Positions 63,584 to 63,716 of a DNA stretch of 63,716 bases are shown here, one piece after another. Within the stretch, counting starts at the first letter, position 1, and every line of letters starts with the position of its first letter. The notes beneath the pieces were generated by a model. That model did no database searches. It saw nothing but the letters and a program-made list of their open reading frames with translations, and had not been told where the DNA came from. The stretch comes from Candidatus Peregrinibacteria bacterium (GTDB lineage Bacteria; Patescibacteriota; Gracilibacteria; UBA1369; LOWO2-01-FULL-3): NCBI GenBank assembly GCA_016206505.1, contig JACQRJ010000027.1, forward strand, positions 1 to 63,716. The letters are read 5' to 3'. The translations under genes were made by a program, and so were the position numbers.

Positions 63584-63716
63584 ATTTTTAACGTAAGCCA
63601 ATCTATCAATCAGGAGTGGGGAAGTCAAGTACGCGCTCTTGCCTCAGCCCCCGACTATAAGCTAAAATAGGATAAATGAGCGACGAAAATCTTCAACAAC
63701 CAGATCCTGCTGCAGC

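Noticed and set aside
1-63716. Alternative genetic code (UGA as sense, as in some CPR lineages), CRISPR arrays, rRNA genes, transposases/IS elements, prophage blocks
   Set aside because: TGA closes conserved genes at their expected lengths (nusB, rnc, the 788-aa PKD gene). No regularly spaced direct repeats, rRNA-like sequence, transposase/integrase motifs or phage structural gene clusters were seen.

Overview
This is a 63.7-kb AT-rich chromosomal window that uses the standard genetic code: TGA terminates conserved genes such as nusB and rnc. Gene content suggests an uncultivated Patescibacteria/CPR-like bacterium; that placement is inference only. The supporting content is four-helix-bundle/Avd-like genes, multi-copy VirB2/TrbC-like hairpin modules, giant PKD surface proteins and many orphan genes.

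Housekeeping blocks:
- ftsA plus a membrane partner, and a fused double ddl
- BI-1, yceD-rpmF-nusB-rnc-NUDIX-pepA, trxB, hflX and a 2-hydroxyacid dehydrogenase
- rpsT, maf and pheA
- tmk-folD-purF-purD-SemiSWEET, dut and a DUF1385 gene
- secE-nusG-(insert)-rplK-rplA, a CaCA antiporter and tRNA-Gln

Accessory and unusual content:
1. A decayed or orphan diversity-generating-retroelement signature. It has a VR/TR pair with adenine-biased mismatches and a truncated Avd, but no RT in the window.
2. A translationally coupled operon of two triple-module pilin-like proteins, a 1670-aa pilin-anchored PKD giant, a 788-aa PKD protein and a 33-aa peptide.
3. A tRNA(CAU) gene split by a 264-nt IC3-type group I intron.
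4. A ~137-nt structured repeat present three times, each just 3' of a minus-strand gene, with compensatory stem changes.
5. A tRNA with an Ala-type acceptor stem, a GCG anticodon and C33.
6. A 22-nt palindrome shared by two divergent promoter regions.
7. Three large FlgD-Ig/SLH or Cys-rich surface proteins.
8. RelE/AbrB and HicAB toxin-antitoxin pairs, a class II Fic protein and an HNH endonuclease.

No rRNA genes, CRISPR arrays or transposases were seen.
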